Assembly: GCA_026625185.1 (NCBI GenBank)
Contig: CP113000.1
Coordinates: 705,622 to 737,621 of the forward strand
DNA from: Thermodesulfobacteriota bacterium
Lineage (GTDB): Bacteria; Desulfobacterota; WTBG01; JAGOGO01
Length of the DNA stretch: 32,000 nucleotides
Reading direction: 5' to 3'
Shown here: positions 1 through 8,954 of the stretch, piece by piece
Layout of the letters: each line of letters begins with the position of its first letter
Position numbering within the stretch: the first letter of the stretch is position 1
Translations under genes and position numbers: made by a program
The notes under the pieces: generated by a model
Told to the model about the DNA's origin: nothing
The model's input: only the letters and a program-made list of their open reading frames with translations
The model's database searches: none

Positions 1-2
1 CG

Positions 3-476
3 GAAGATGCCCAAAGAACTGCCCGCCTGCTTACGTTATCCGAAGCTAGGACGGAACAACAGGAAGGCACTTTAAAGATAGAAGGGAGCTTGGGCAAGAT
101 CATGGCCACGGGAATAAGGGATTCTAATTTTATGTATTACAACGACGGTGAAAAACTGAAAAATGCTTACGGCTACGATGAAAAGCAGGTGATGAAAGAC
201 TGGTGGCAGGCTTTTGATAAAATGAGCAAGGAATATAAGAAAAACAAGGCTTTTGATAATGCGAAAATATTATCAGATGTGAACAAAAAGGTGGTCGAAG
301 CTGCCTACAATTTTTACCGGATCGAGCCGGTGAAGGTTTCCGAGCGAGCCGGCACCATGACCGGGCTGCTCGTATTCTATGTGCTCTATAGTGTTTGGTG
401 GGGATTTGCCCTCATGTTTTTAGTTGAGGGGATGGGACTCACCATGACGAAAAAAGGAGCCAAAAAGGAAGATTAA
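3..476 (+). CDS. hypothetical protein with C-terminal membrane anchor; 5' end uncertain, possibly truncated by the window edge
   Basis: The ORF track gives 90..476 (TTG). Reading the same frame back to nt 3, I find no stop, so the gene may start left of the window. An alternative ATG at 102 lies about 13 nt after GGGAG. The C-terminal hydrophobic stretch GLLVFYVLYSVWWGFALMFLVEGMGL looks like a TM segment. No family recognised. Confidence 0.45.
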   Translation, partial: EDAQRTARLLTLSEARTEQQEGTLKIEGSLGKIMATGIRDSNFMYYNDGEKLKNAYGYDEKQVMKDWWQAFDKMSKEYKKNKAFDNAKILSDVNKKVVEAAYNFYRIEPVKVSERAGTMTGLLVFYVLYSVWWGFALMFLVEGMGLTMTKKGAKKED

Positions 477-1255
477 TGGCCGCCTTTCCCCTTAAAAATA
501 AAACCGGCAAGCAACCCTACCACAATTGCAATGACCACGGCAATGATTCCGTAAACGGCGCTATGGTGCTGTGCCATGTAAGTAAACCAGCGAGATAGAC
601 CAACCTTTTCAATGGTAATCGTTTGTTGAGTTTCCCCTAAGATCACTCCGTCCCTTATTGCCCAGCAGGTTATGGCATAATTCCCTTCCACTGCGCGGTC
701 GGAGAAATGGAGATCAAACATAAAAGAGCTATTCTCCTTGTTGATCTCAATGACGTTTTCCCTCACCCCATAAAGCCCGGCCTTTTCCTTCATTTTCAAA
801 AAACCCTCAAAAACCACGTTTCGATCATCGTCACCGGGTTTCCCGCTTAAAAGTTTGATCCTCAGGTTTTGTTTTAGAGCATCGTAACCAATCTTAAGTT
901 CTTTTTTTAAGTTTTCATTTAAAACGTCAGGGAGATTCCCCGATGAAAGAACCTTATAAAGAAAAGGAACATGAGAAACTTCAAATTGTTTGACGCTCAT
1001 CCAGAAAAAAACTACCCTCCCCTTGCGTACCAGCTTTAAGGAAGGATTGTTTTCTGACTTTACCTGCATAATTATTGTGGCCTCAGGTTGGGGAAGGGTA
1101 CCCTTAAATCTTATGGTGTCACCTCCAAAGCCTATTCCCATAGCAACCTTTTTTTCCGGCAACAAGGTAAAGCACGTTTCTCCTTTTACCGGCGGAACAA
1201 AAAAAATGAGCGAGACGACCACGAACACCAAAGTTTTAATAAAGGTTTCTTTCAT
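473..1255 (-). CDS. secreted/membrane-anchored protein, TIGR02186 (Alph_Pro_TM)-like, partner of the TauE permease
   Basis: 260 aa. It has an N-terminal signal-like segment (LVFVVVSLIFFVPPVKG) and a single C-terminal TM helix (VYGIIAVVIAIVVGLLAGFIF). It starts 2 nt after the TauE/SafE gene stop. I recall this pairing and topology for the TIGR02186 family, but the family call is from memory, not a search. Confidence 0.5.
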   Translation of the reverse strand: MKETFIKTLVFVVVSLIFFVPPVKGETCFTLLPEKKVAMGIGFGGDTIRFKGTLPQPEATIIMQVKSENNPSLKLVRKGRVVFFWMSVKQFEVSHVPFLYKVLSSGNLPDVLNENLKKELKIGYDALKQNLRIKLLSGKPGDDDRNVVFEGFLKMKEKAGLYGVRENVIEINKENSSFMFDLHFSDRAVEGNYAITCWAIRDGVILGETQQTITIEKVGLSRWFTYMAQHHSAVYGIIAVVIAIVVGLLAGFIFKGKGGH

Positions 1256-1257
1256 GA

Positions 1258-2190
1258 TTAATGCCCTCCTGCAGCTTTGGCAAGTCCAATGACGTTATCT
1301 GGGGTCACTAAGAGATCAAATAGCATCTTCACCATTACCAACAGGACGATGATGGAAAGAAGAATGCGGATCTGTTCTCCCCGAAGGAAGCGACTTGCAC
1401 GAACACCAAACTGGGCGCCGATAACCGATCCCGTAAAAAGAAATACTACCAGCACTAAATCAACCGTATGGTTCGTAATTGCCTGCTGTAAAGTAACATT
1501 TGCGGTAGTAATAACGATCTGAAAAAGATCGGTTCCCACCGCGACGATGGTGGGCATGCCGATAATATAGATCATGGTAGGCACCATAATAAACCCCCCG
1601 CCAACACCCATGAGGGCAGCCAGAAAACCCACTAAGAAACCAGCGCTAAAAGGAAAAATCGCGGAAGTCTCCAGCCCGGATCGCTTAAAATGCATCTTAA
1701 AGGGTAAGCGGGCAAAGAACAACGAAAGTTTATTGGGACCAATCTCGCCCTCTTGTACTGAAGAAGCTTTAGATTTTCTCAGGGCATTAAGGCTCTCAAC
1801 AAACATAGCGCTTCCCACTCCCCCTAGGATCAAGACATATACTGCCCGGATAACAAAGTCGAAGTTCCCCATCTCCCGGAGATACTTTACTACCTGGACC
1901 CCGACGGTTCCACCGGCAATACCGCCGATGAGAATAACCACGCCCATTTTTAGGTCCACGTTTCCCAACCTCCAGTGACTAAAAGCACCGGAGGTCGCTG
2001 CTGCACAAATTTGATTGGAATCACTGGCGGCTGCTACCGAGGGTGGAACCCCAATCATGATCAGCAATGGCGTTAAAAGGAAACCGCCACCAACGCCAAA
2101 AAGCCCGGACAAAAATCCAACCAATCCTCCAACACCAACAATAACCAGGAAGTTAAAACTCATGCCGGCAATAGGAAGAAAAATATCCAT
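1258..2190 (-). CDS. TauE/SafE (DUF81) family anion exporter/permease
   Basis: 310 aa, polytopic and hydrophobic throughout. It carries the duplicated glycine-rich motif typical of the family (LFGVGGGFLLTPLL and LMGVGGGFIMVPTM). Confidence 0.85.
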   Translation of the reverse strand: MDIFLPIAGMSFNFLVIVGVGGLVGFLSGLFGVGGGFLLTPLLIMIGVPPSVAAASDSNQICAAATSGAFSHWRLGNVDLKMGVVILIGGIAGGTVGVQVVKYLREMGNFDFVIRAVYVLILGGVGSAMFVESLNALRKSKASSVQEGEIGPNKLSLFFARLPFKMHFKRSGLETSAIFPFSAGFLVGFLAALMGVGGGFIMVPTMIYIIGMPTIVAVGTDLFQIVITTANVTLQQAITNHTVDLVLVVFLFTGSVIGAQFGVRASRFLRGEQIRILLSIIVLLVMVKMLFDLLVTPDNVIGLAKAAGGH

Positions 2191-2208
2191 AAAAGGGTCT
2201 CCTTTGTT

Positions 2209-2643
2209 TTATAGTTGTTCGGCTTCCTGGCTCTTTAGGAATTTTTCCCTTAACTCTAAGTACTCTTTTTTTAACGCGTACCACTCTAAAGCTCTTTTGA
2301 GGGAAATCAAGAGCTGTTCTTGTCGAAACGGTTTGGTGATATAATCAAAGGCTCCTTTTCTTACCGCTTCTTCGGCTGATTCGACTGATCCATAGGCAGT
2401 TATAATGATAATCGGAACCAACGCATCTTGCTTACGAATGGCATCCACCACATCCATACCATCCATGATCGGCATCTTAAGATCAGTGACAATTACGTCA
2501 AATTTTTTTTCTTTAATCAGATTCGAAACCTCAAGCGGGTTATTGGTTGTGGTGATCTCATAGTCCGTCTTTTCCGTGAGGATAAGCCGGATGAGGGATA
2601 ACATATCAACTTCATCATCAATGGCTAAAATTCGCGCACTCAT
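2209..2643 (-). CDS. single-domain response regulator (CheY-like receiver)
   Basis: 144 aa. Receiver signature residues are readable: D9-D10 (AIDDE), D54 (VIVTDLKMP), T82 (IITAYG), K104 (ITKP). AGGAGG lies upstream of the ATG. It is 23 nt downstream of the histidine kinase gene. Confidence 0.9.
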   Translation of the reverse strand: MSARILAIDDEVDMLSLIRLILTEKTDYEITTTNNPLEVSNLIKEKKFDVIVTDLKMPIMDGMDVVDAIRKQDALVPIIIITAYGSVESAEEAVRKGAFDYITKPFRQEQLLISLKRALEWYALKKEYLELREKFLKSQEAEQL

Positions 2644-2666
2644 TTACATCCTCCTTTGTTGAATGT

Positions 2667-4949
2667 TCAGGTCTTCCCCCGTTTTATCGGAAGCTTAACG
2701 GTAAAAACAGTGCCACTTGTTAAGGTGGGATTTTCCTCTGCGCTTACTGACTCTACTTGAATTTCCCCCCCAAATTTTTTAATAATCCCATAACTCACAG
2801 CAAGACCAAGCCCGGTTCCTTCTCCAACATCTTTCGTAGTAAAGAAAGGGTCAAATATTTTAGTTAAATTTTTTTTCATTATCCCAACTCCGGTATCGCG
2901 AAATTCAATCTCAATGTGGTCTTTTTGTTGATTAAGACGGGTCGTTATAGTGAGCTGACCTCCGTTTTTCATCGCGTCAACCCCATTGGTTATGAAGTTG
3001 AGAAAAACTTGCTGGATTTGGGAGCTATCGGCCATAACATGGGGTAAATCCGTTGCCACGTTTAACACCAGGTCAATTTTTTTGGTGAGGAGAGTGTTTT
3101 GCGAAACTTCGATTACTTTTTTTAAGTCATCATTTACGTTCATTAAATTTGTGACTTTGGCTGGGACTCGGGCAAATGTCAACAGGTTTTCGACAATTTT
3201 CTGGCAGTTAGAAGCCTGGCGCTTGATGGTCTCCAGAATTTCGAATTCTTTGCTGAGCGGGTCGGTCTTATTTAATAGATATTCAGCAAAACCTAAAATG
3301 ATACAAATGGGGTTGTTGATTTCATGAGCTACCCCTGCTGCCAGGGTACCAATGGCGGCGAGCTTTTCCGTGCGCACAATTTCTTCTTCACGAATTTGGT
3401 GTCGGCTGGTCACATCCCGGGAAAAAACTAAAACTAGTGAACCCTTTTCTCCTTCCTGAGTAAGGGGAATAAGGTGAGACAAAAACCAAAACAGTTTGCC
3501 TCCGATAATAATGTCATGCTCAAGCTGAATATCCTTACCACAGTCAATTACTTCGTGGACAAGCTTAAAAAGTTTCGCCGCCCCTTCAGGGGAAAACGCT
3601 TTATCTAATCCTTGCCCGATATACTCTTCTTTTGGTTTTCCGAAAAGTTCGGTTCCGTAGTGATTTAACGAAGTGAATCGACCGAAGTAATCAACGGTAA
3701 AGATCAAATCGCGAGACTTCTCCACCAAGGCACGATAACGTTTTTCCGACTGGGCCAACTCCTCATTGGACTGCCTGAGCTCTTCGGTTTTTATTCGAAC
3801 TTTTTCTTCTAAAGTACGGTTTAAGGTTCTTCCAAAATTGATTACGTAAAAGCCTACTAAAATTATGACCATGACCAGTACGCCGCTTCCAATAAACTGG
3901 GGGAGGTAGACGGTATGGACAACATTTTCCACCTCGGACGTGGGGGCAGCTACCGCCACGGACCATAAATAAGTAGGGTCTTCTTCGGAGAGGTGAATGG
4001 GGGTAAAGGCAACCAATTTTTTAACTTTTCCGATTATTCCCCGGTGCCAACCACTGTAGTACCATCCGGTTCCTTCTTTACCTTTAAGCATTGCTTCTTT
4101 CTGGATAGTATTGATAAGAACAAAATTTATGCTGGGGTCTCGAGCTTTACGAACTAAAAACGCATTCTCGCCTATAAAATTTTTTTCAACGTGGATAACA
4201 AAATCGCCGTTATTGTCGATAACCCAAGCATAGCCGGTTTTCCCACTTTCGACCTCTTTGGTGAACGTTTCCAGAAATTGAGTAGAATCAATAAGGAAAG
4301 CGACTAACCCGATAGGTCTTGAGTGAGAAGAATCTCGCGCTGATCTATCCGAGTATTGGTAAACCGGCGTTGCCATAATCATATAGAGATGATTGTCAGC
4401 AGGATTTTTATGGGGTTCGAATTGCCGGATAAAAACATGGTTGCGGTGTTCGGGAAGTAAGCACCATTGAAAGAAGGGAAGGGTTTTAAAATTAAAAGAC
4501 GGGCTGATAAGATATGCTTCCCTTTCGCCCACTATTTTTATGAGTTGGCCCGATGAGTCAAATAAGGCAATGGCCACGACGTGAGAATTTCTAACCGTTT
4601 TCAGAGCGATATCCATGCGATCTTCCATCCGGTTTTCCATACGCTTTTCCCCCTCTTTGCGGAATGCAGCAATGGAAGGTGAAAGACTTAAGGAAAAGAG
4701 TTCTCCTTTGAGAAATTGAATATTCTGGTCAACCATCCGAGCAATATGGCGAGCTAAAATCAGTTGTTGCTGGTTGAAATCTTCGCTGATAATGGAGCGT
4801 AGTATCCGAGCAGTAAGCAACCCTAAGAAGAGTCCTGATATGAGGAGAAAAATAATGATACTGCCTAATAATCGCAGGCGTAATCTATAGGGGGTTTTAC
4901 CTAAAGCTGAGGTTAATTCGGCTTTGTTGTTATTTTTGCTCGACATCAT
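2667..4949 (-). CDS. sensor histidine kinase with large extracytoplasmic (Cache-like) domain and PAS domain
   Basis: 760 aa. Two TM segments (LLGSIIIFLLISGLFLGLLTA and GVLVMVIILVGFYVINF) flank an extracytoplasmic region of about 300 aa. Then come a coiled coil, a PAS-like segment, the H-box AAGVAHEINNPI, and N/G boxes (FLNFITNGVDAM, RDTGVGI, GTGLGLAV). Confidence 0.9.
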   Translation of the reverse strand: MMSSKNNNKAELTSALGKTPYRLRLRLLGSIIIFLLISGLFLGLLTARILRSIISEDFNQQQLILARHIARMVDQNIQFLKGELFSLSLSPSIAAFRKEGEKRMENRMEDRMDIALKTVRNSHVVAIALFDSSGQLIKIVGEREAYLISPSFNFKTLPFFQWCLLPEHRNHVFIRQFEPHKNPADNHLYMIMATPVYQYSDRSARDSSHSRPIGLVAFLIDSTQFLETFTKEVESGKTGYAWVIDNNGDFVIHVEKNFIGENAFLVRKARDPSINFVLINTIQKEAMLKGKEGTGWYYSGWHRGIIGKVKKLVAFTPIHLSEEDPTYLWSVAVAAPTSEVENVVHTVYLPQFIGSGVLVMVIILVGFYVINFGRTLNRTLEEKVRIKTEELRQSNEELAQSEKRYRALVEKSRDLIFTVDYFGRFTSLNHYGTELFGKPKEEYIGQGLDKAFSPEGAAKLFKLVHEVIDCGKDIQLEHDIIIGGKLFWFLSHLIPLTQEGEKGSLVLVFSRDVTSRHQIREEEIVRTEKLAAIGTLAAGVAHEINNPICIILGFAEYLLNKTDPLSKEFEILETIKRQASNCQKIVENLLTFARVPAKVTNLMNVNDDLKKVIEVSQNTLLTKKIDLVLNVATDLPHVMADSSQIQQVFLNFITNGVDAMKNGGQLTITTRLNQQKDHIEIEFRDTGVGIMKKNLTKIFDPFFTTKDVGEGTGLGLAVSYGIIKKFGGEIQVESVSAEENPTLTSGTVFTVKLPIKRGKT

Positions 4950-5082
4950 GTTAGTCCTATCGGGTTTGAGATAGGTAACCTCTATTTAGTTTTGCAGTCT
5001 ATTAATTTTTTTATTAAAAAAGAAGAGAAGAGACCAGTAAAAGAAAAGAAAAAAATCATTTGGACTACTGATTTTTATCACT

Positions 5083-5123
5083 TTACCCCGTTAGGAAAAG
5101 CCCCATGCGCAAGTACGGGGTAA
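5083..5123 (-). other. hairpin (9-bp stem TTACCCCGT/ACGGGGTAA, about 23-nt loop) between the PEP-synthase-like gene and the kinase gene; possible weak terminator or processing site
   Basis: I read an inverted repeat at 5083-5091 and 5115-5123. No U-tract follows on the minus strand, so it is not a canonical intrinsic terminator. Confidence 0.25.
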
Positions 5124-5240
5124 GATTAAAAATTCTTATACTTTTTCACACCGTGTAAATGCAGAGGTAAAAGCCTTCTACCGAGGTTTAATTGTGGTAC
5201 GATAAAAAGGATAGGTATCAAAAACTGAAGAAGGACATAG

Positions 5241-7817
5241 CTACTTTTGGCTGGTAGCGCCAAAAAAATAATTTCCTTTTATGAATTCTTGGAAATACCA
5301 GTCTACGATCTTATCATTGTACATCGCCATGTCCATCTGTCGCGTGGTAACTACCACGATTCCTAAGACGGTGAGCATTTTCTCAATTGTTGCTGCTTCA
5401 AGATTTTCACCGCGGGCATAGAGATTATCTTCTTTTAAAATGGTATTAAGACCATGGTGGTTGAGGATCATGCTGATGAGCCGGGTACGCCGCATTCGGC
5501 GGGTGAGATCGGCGCCACCTCCATTAAAAATAAACTGGACATAATTATCTTGAGTATTTTCTCCGATAAAAGCATCAATGCTGGAAAAATGGTATCCCAG
5601 GCGGGTGCTAAAGTTCATATAGGTATCAGTGATGATCACATAGTTTTTATAGGTAAGTTTTTCCATCACCGTGGGGTCAGAAGCAGAACGGGCTACTACC
5701 GACATAAATCCTCGGAGGCTCACGGGACGTGGACCTGCCCAGGTTACTTGGCTCATCCCTTTCCAAAGTGCTAAAAACGGACGGCTTTTAACATCATCCG
5801 GCGTAACCCCGGAGGAAAGGGATTTAGCCTCATTTAAACCCTTGCCGAGATCGATTAAATAAACATCCAGTGGTTGGGGAATATTTAGTTTTTTCGTTGT
5901 TCCCTCAGGGAAAGAGCTTCTTTCCCCTAAGGTAAACATCTCTTGCATGGCCATCTCATGAGAAAACCGGGTAATATCATGAAGAGTCTTGCAACATTCA
6001 GGTTTGAAGTCTTGTGCTCTCGGATCAGTCAGGTTCAAAGGGGTAACATACTGGTTGATCTTCTTGAGCAACTGGTAGATGGCCGTATCTTTAAATGGTG
6101 AACTTGTTTCTTGATAAGAGTCAAGCAGTTCTTGGGCGATGCCTTGGTAAATAAAGCCATTTATTGCATCCACGGTAATTGTTTCCCCGGGGGTCACGAC
6201 CTCGGTGATCCCTGAAACATTGAAAAGCGCTGGCACCATAAATTCGCGCGCCACCGTAGCGATGTGGCTTGCCGCACTTCCAACCTCGGTAACAATGGCG
6301 CTGGCACGATCAACCACCAGTGTATAATCAGGCGGTGCATGGTGGGAGACTAAAACAGCGCCTGTGGGGAAGTGCTGCAGGTCCTCGAATGATTTCACGA
6401 GATAAACGGGGCCGCTGCCGATGCCCATGCTGGCAATGGTGCCACTCTCAGCAAGTACCGGTGAATTTGTTTTGACCATTGTCGGTATTGATGTCTTGGG
6501 AGAATGATCATGCTGACGCAATTTTAATGGTCGTGCCTGCAGAATAAAGATATTTCTTGCTTGGTCGATTGCCCATTCAATATCCTGGGGACAGCCAAAC
6601 TTTTTTTCCAGTTCCAGTGACAAGGTTGAAAGTTCAGTGATTTGAGAAGCAGTGAGAACCTGCTGGGTTTTTTTCTCAGGGGGTACGATAACATGTGCAA
6701 CGGTACCAGCTGAGGCACTTATCACCATGTTTTCCTGCTTTCCGCGTTCTTGGGAGAGGATATTTTTAGGGTCTTTTCGAGACACCCGATAGAGGTCGGG
6801 GGTTGTTTCTCCACCCACGGCACTTATTCCTAAACCGAATACCGCATTAATAATAAGGAAGTCCTCCTGAGGAAACTCGGGGTGCCGGGTATAGACAATC
6901 CCTGCGCTTTCAACCGAGACCATGGCCATCACCCCAACCGCCATAGGGATTTCGCTATAATCAAAGCCCCGGCTTTTAAAATAGTAGATAGAATGGGGGG
7001 AAAATTGACTGGTAAGGACTAACTTATAACATTTTTCGATCATGTCGCCAGGGACATTAAGAAAGGATTTATATTGACCGGCAAAACTCGCTAAGGGACT
7101 GTCCTCTTTGGCTCCGCTGCTTCGCACTGCTACGGGAAGCCGTGCTCCTTGTTGCGACACTAATCCTTCATATGCTTCCGCAATTGACTTTGCAATTTCT
7201 TCGGGAAGCGGTGTTTCTTTAATGAGGGTCTGGATGTGGTTACTTGCCTCTTCGAGGTCATGCATGGTTTTAACATCCAGTTTCTCGAGCATTTCGTTAA
7301 TACGTTCTTGAAGGCTATTTTTTTGCATAAATGTCTGGAACGCATACGTGCTGATGGCAAAACCCGGAGGTACAGGAAGACCAACGACATTTTGAATTTC
7401 TCCCAAGTTAGCACATTTTTCACCAACTGCCGCAACAGTATTCCTTTTTATTTCGCGGAAAGGAATCGTAAAAGGGTACGGTTGGATCACCTGAGGTTTT
7501 TGCAGCTCTTTTTTGATTAATGCCATGATTTTTTTCAGAGCTTCGTTTAACCCTTTGTAGGGCTGATCGGCGAGAAGATTGAGTTGTTCAACAATTTTCT
7601 GAACGCTGCTTTCCAGAAGAGAAGTGGTAGTGAAAAGGTAATTCCGGTCAAAAAGGTAATTACCGCTTAGTTTCTGTTGGGTATCGGCCATGAGTTCGAG
7701 GGCATCTCGGTTGGCTTTTAAAATTTCTTGATAATTTTCAAACCGTTGACGAAAAATTTCCCGGTCAATGGGTTTTGATCTTTTGCGCGGCTTAAAAATA
7801 TTGAATAACGAAATCAT
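5241..7817 (-). CDS. PEP synthase/PPDK-family phosphotransferase: N-terminal helical region, ATP-grasp (PPDK_N) domain, phosphohistidine swivel domain, and a non-canonical C-terminal domain
   Basis: 858 aa. The PPDK_N-like region includes VGEKCANLGEI and VAVRSSGAKEDSPLASFAGQ. The mobile-domain His motif is TEVGSAASHIATVAREFMVPA. The last 270 aa or so lack the NDL/Cys motifs I expect in the PEP/pyruvate TIM barrel. They instead match the C-terminus of the 393-aa neighbour (RLGYHFSS, GGGA..RRMRR.RLI, QMDMAMYND). Confidence 0.85.
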   Translation of the reverse strand: MISLFNIFKPRKRSKPIDREIFRQRFENYQEILKANRDALELMADTQQKLSGNYLFDRNYLFTTTSLLESSVQKIVEQLNLLADQPYKGLNEALKKIMALIKKELQKPQVIQPYPFTIPFREIKRNTVAAVGEKCANLGEIQNVVGLPVPPGFAISTYAFQTFMQKNSLQERINEMLEKLDVKTMHDLEEASNHIQTLIKETPLPEEIAKSIAEAYEGLVSQQGARLPVAVRSSGAKEDSPLASFAGQYKSFLNVPGDMIEKCYKLVLTSQFSPHSIYYFKSRGFDYSEIPMAVGVMAMVSVESAGIVYTRHPEFPQEDFLIINAVFGLGISAVGGETTPDLYRVSRKDPKNILSQERGKQENMVISASAGTVAHVIVPPEKKTQQVLTASQITELSTLSLELEKKFGCPQDIEWAIDQARNIFILQARPLKLRQHDHSPKTSIPTMVKTNSPVLAESGTIASMGIGSGPVYLVKSFEDLQHFPTGAVLVSHHAPPDYTLVVDRASAIVTEVGSAASHIATVAREFMVPALFNVSGITEVVTPGETITVDAINGFIYQGIAQELLDSYQETSSPFKDTAIYQLLKKINQYVTPLNLTDPRAQDFKPECCKTLHDITRFSHEMAMQEMFTLGERSSFPEGTTKKLNIPQPLDVYLIDLGKGLNEAKSLSSGVTPDDVKSRPFLALWKGMSQVTWAGPRPVSLRGFMSVVARSASDPTVMEKLTYKNYVIITDTYMNFSTRLGYHFSSIDAFIGENTQDNYVQFIFNGGGADLTRRMRRTRLISMILNHHGLNTILKEDNLYARGENLEAATIEKMLTVLGIVVVTTRQMDMAMYNDKIVDWYFQEFIKGNYFFGATSQK

Positions 7818-7874
7818 GTTTATCGTTTAGCAACCAAACCATTTGAAGTTCGGATGGAAAAATTTTTATTATGT

Positions 7875-7908
7875 TTTTATTCTTATTAAAAAGATGAGAT
7901 TTTGTCAA
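7875..7908 (-). promoter_or_regulatory. candidate sigma70-type promoter for the PEP-synthase-like gene
   Basis: The minus strand reads TTGACA, then 17-18 nt, then TAAGAAT, about 60 nt upstream of the ATG at 7817. The -10 element is imperfect. Hand scan only. Confidence 0.3.
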
Positions 7909-7916
7909 GGGGATGG

Positions 7917-8300
7917 TTACCTGATCCTTTGAAAAGACAAGAGAACGGAAGAATAATAACTTAAAAATATGTCGGCAGGAATTTGCGCAGTCGGTAAATG
8001 ATCATGATGTGTTTCTAATGCTCTACTTGGCCAACGAGGTTTTTTGCCATTTCTTAATCTTGCTTTATCGTAAAGGTCTTTATATAAGAGCATGTTTGCA
8101 GTCAACATGATGGTATTGATCGGATTGTTTAGTTCGTGAGTGACACCTGCGGTGAGGGTGCCAACTGCCTGAAGCTTACGGGATTGAATTAAAACCTTCT
8201 GCCGATCTTGAAGATCATGGATTATTCGATTCAGCGCCAAAACAAAATTGGTAAACTCGTCCCGATATTGGCGGTTTGATCGAAAGGGGTGAAATTTCCT
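7917..8300 (-). pseudogene. internal fragment of a sensor histidine kinase (distal HAMP helix plus HisKA) lacking sensor and ATPase domains
   Basis: The open frame is bounded by TAA at 8301-8303 and TAA at 7917-7919. It encodes ..RDEFTNFVLALNRIIHDL.. (end of HAMP), the H-box LTAGVTHELNNPIN, and ..LLSFQRIR, then stops. There is no N/G1/G2 ATPase region and no TM or sensor region. The only start is a TTG inside the frame. Confidence 0.7.
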
Positions 8301-8372
8301 TTATCAATCTGTTGCACCTTGTGGGTATTATCAAATGCATTGTTAAGGAGATTCCGATAGAAAAAAATTTTT

Positions 8373-8849
8373 TTATTTTTTGTTGAGAAGTAGGCCCACT
8401 ATTTCCCGGAAAACATCATCTAATTTTAAAACGCCGATAATCCTTCCCTGCTCTTGAATGGCTAAAAGTGGTTGGTTTTCGGAAACCATAATATGTAAGG
8501 CCTTAAAAAGACTATCTTCTGCATCTATTGCAGTTCTGGCCGGACCCATAAGGGTCTTTACGGTTTCCATCATCCGTTCGTTAGTAGCAGAGGAAAGAAG
8601 GTCTGACCAAAATTCAACTCGTTCCTTAAAGCGGTGGCCAAAGGTTGGCTCAATTCCCCTTAAGATGTCGCTTGGAGTAAGGATACCGATTAATTTATAG
8701 GCCTCATTAAACACTAAAACAGTGTTAATGCCATCTTCTAAAGCGCTTCCCAGTTGAATAAGGGCTTCTTTTAAGGTGGCCCAATAAGGAAGATGAGGAT
8801 AATTTCCCAAGGGCGTAACCAATTCTTTGATATTTTTTTTTTGTTGCAT
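8373..8849 (-). CDS. CBS domain pair protein
   Basis: 158 aa. Two CBS-like repeats are visible (..VLVFNEAYKLIGILTPSDILRGI.. and ..LLAIQEQGRIIGVLKLDDVFREIV). AGGAGG lies upstream of the ATG. Confidence 0.8.
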   Translation of the reverse strand: MQQKKNIKELVTPLGNYPHLPYWATLKEALIQLGSALEDGINTVLVFNEAYKLIGILTPSDILRGIEPTFGHRFKERVEFWSDLLSSATNERMMETVKTLMGPARTAIDAEDSLFKALHIMVSENQPLLAIQEQGRIIGVLKLDDVFREIVGLLLNKK

Positions 8850-8954
8850 GGAAATTCTTCTCCTCCTAAATGCTTGAATGAAAGATTAACTTAACTAAAA
8901 AAACACTGTACTAAAAAAAATTCTTTAGCCATGTTCAGAAAAAATCAAAACCTC

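Noticed and set aside
4414-4422. GGTTCGAAT, a tRNA T-arm-like motif
   Set aside because: It lies inside the histidine-kinase coding frame, and no acceptor or anticodon-stem complementarity surrounds it. I found no tRNA or rRNA genes in the window.
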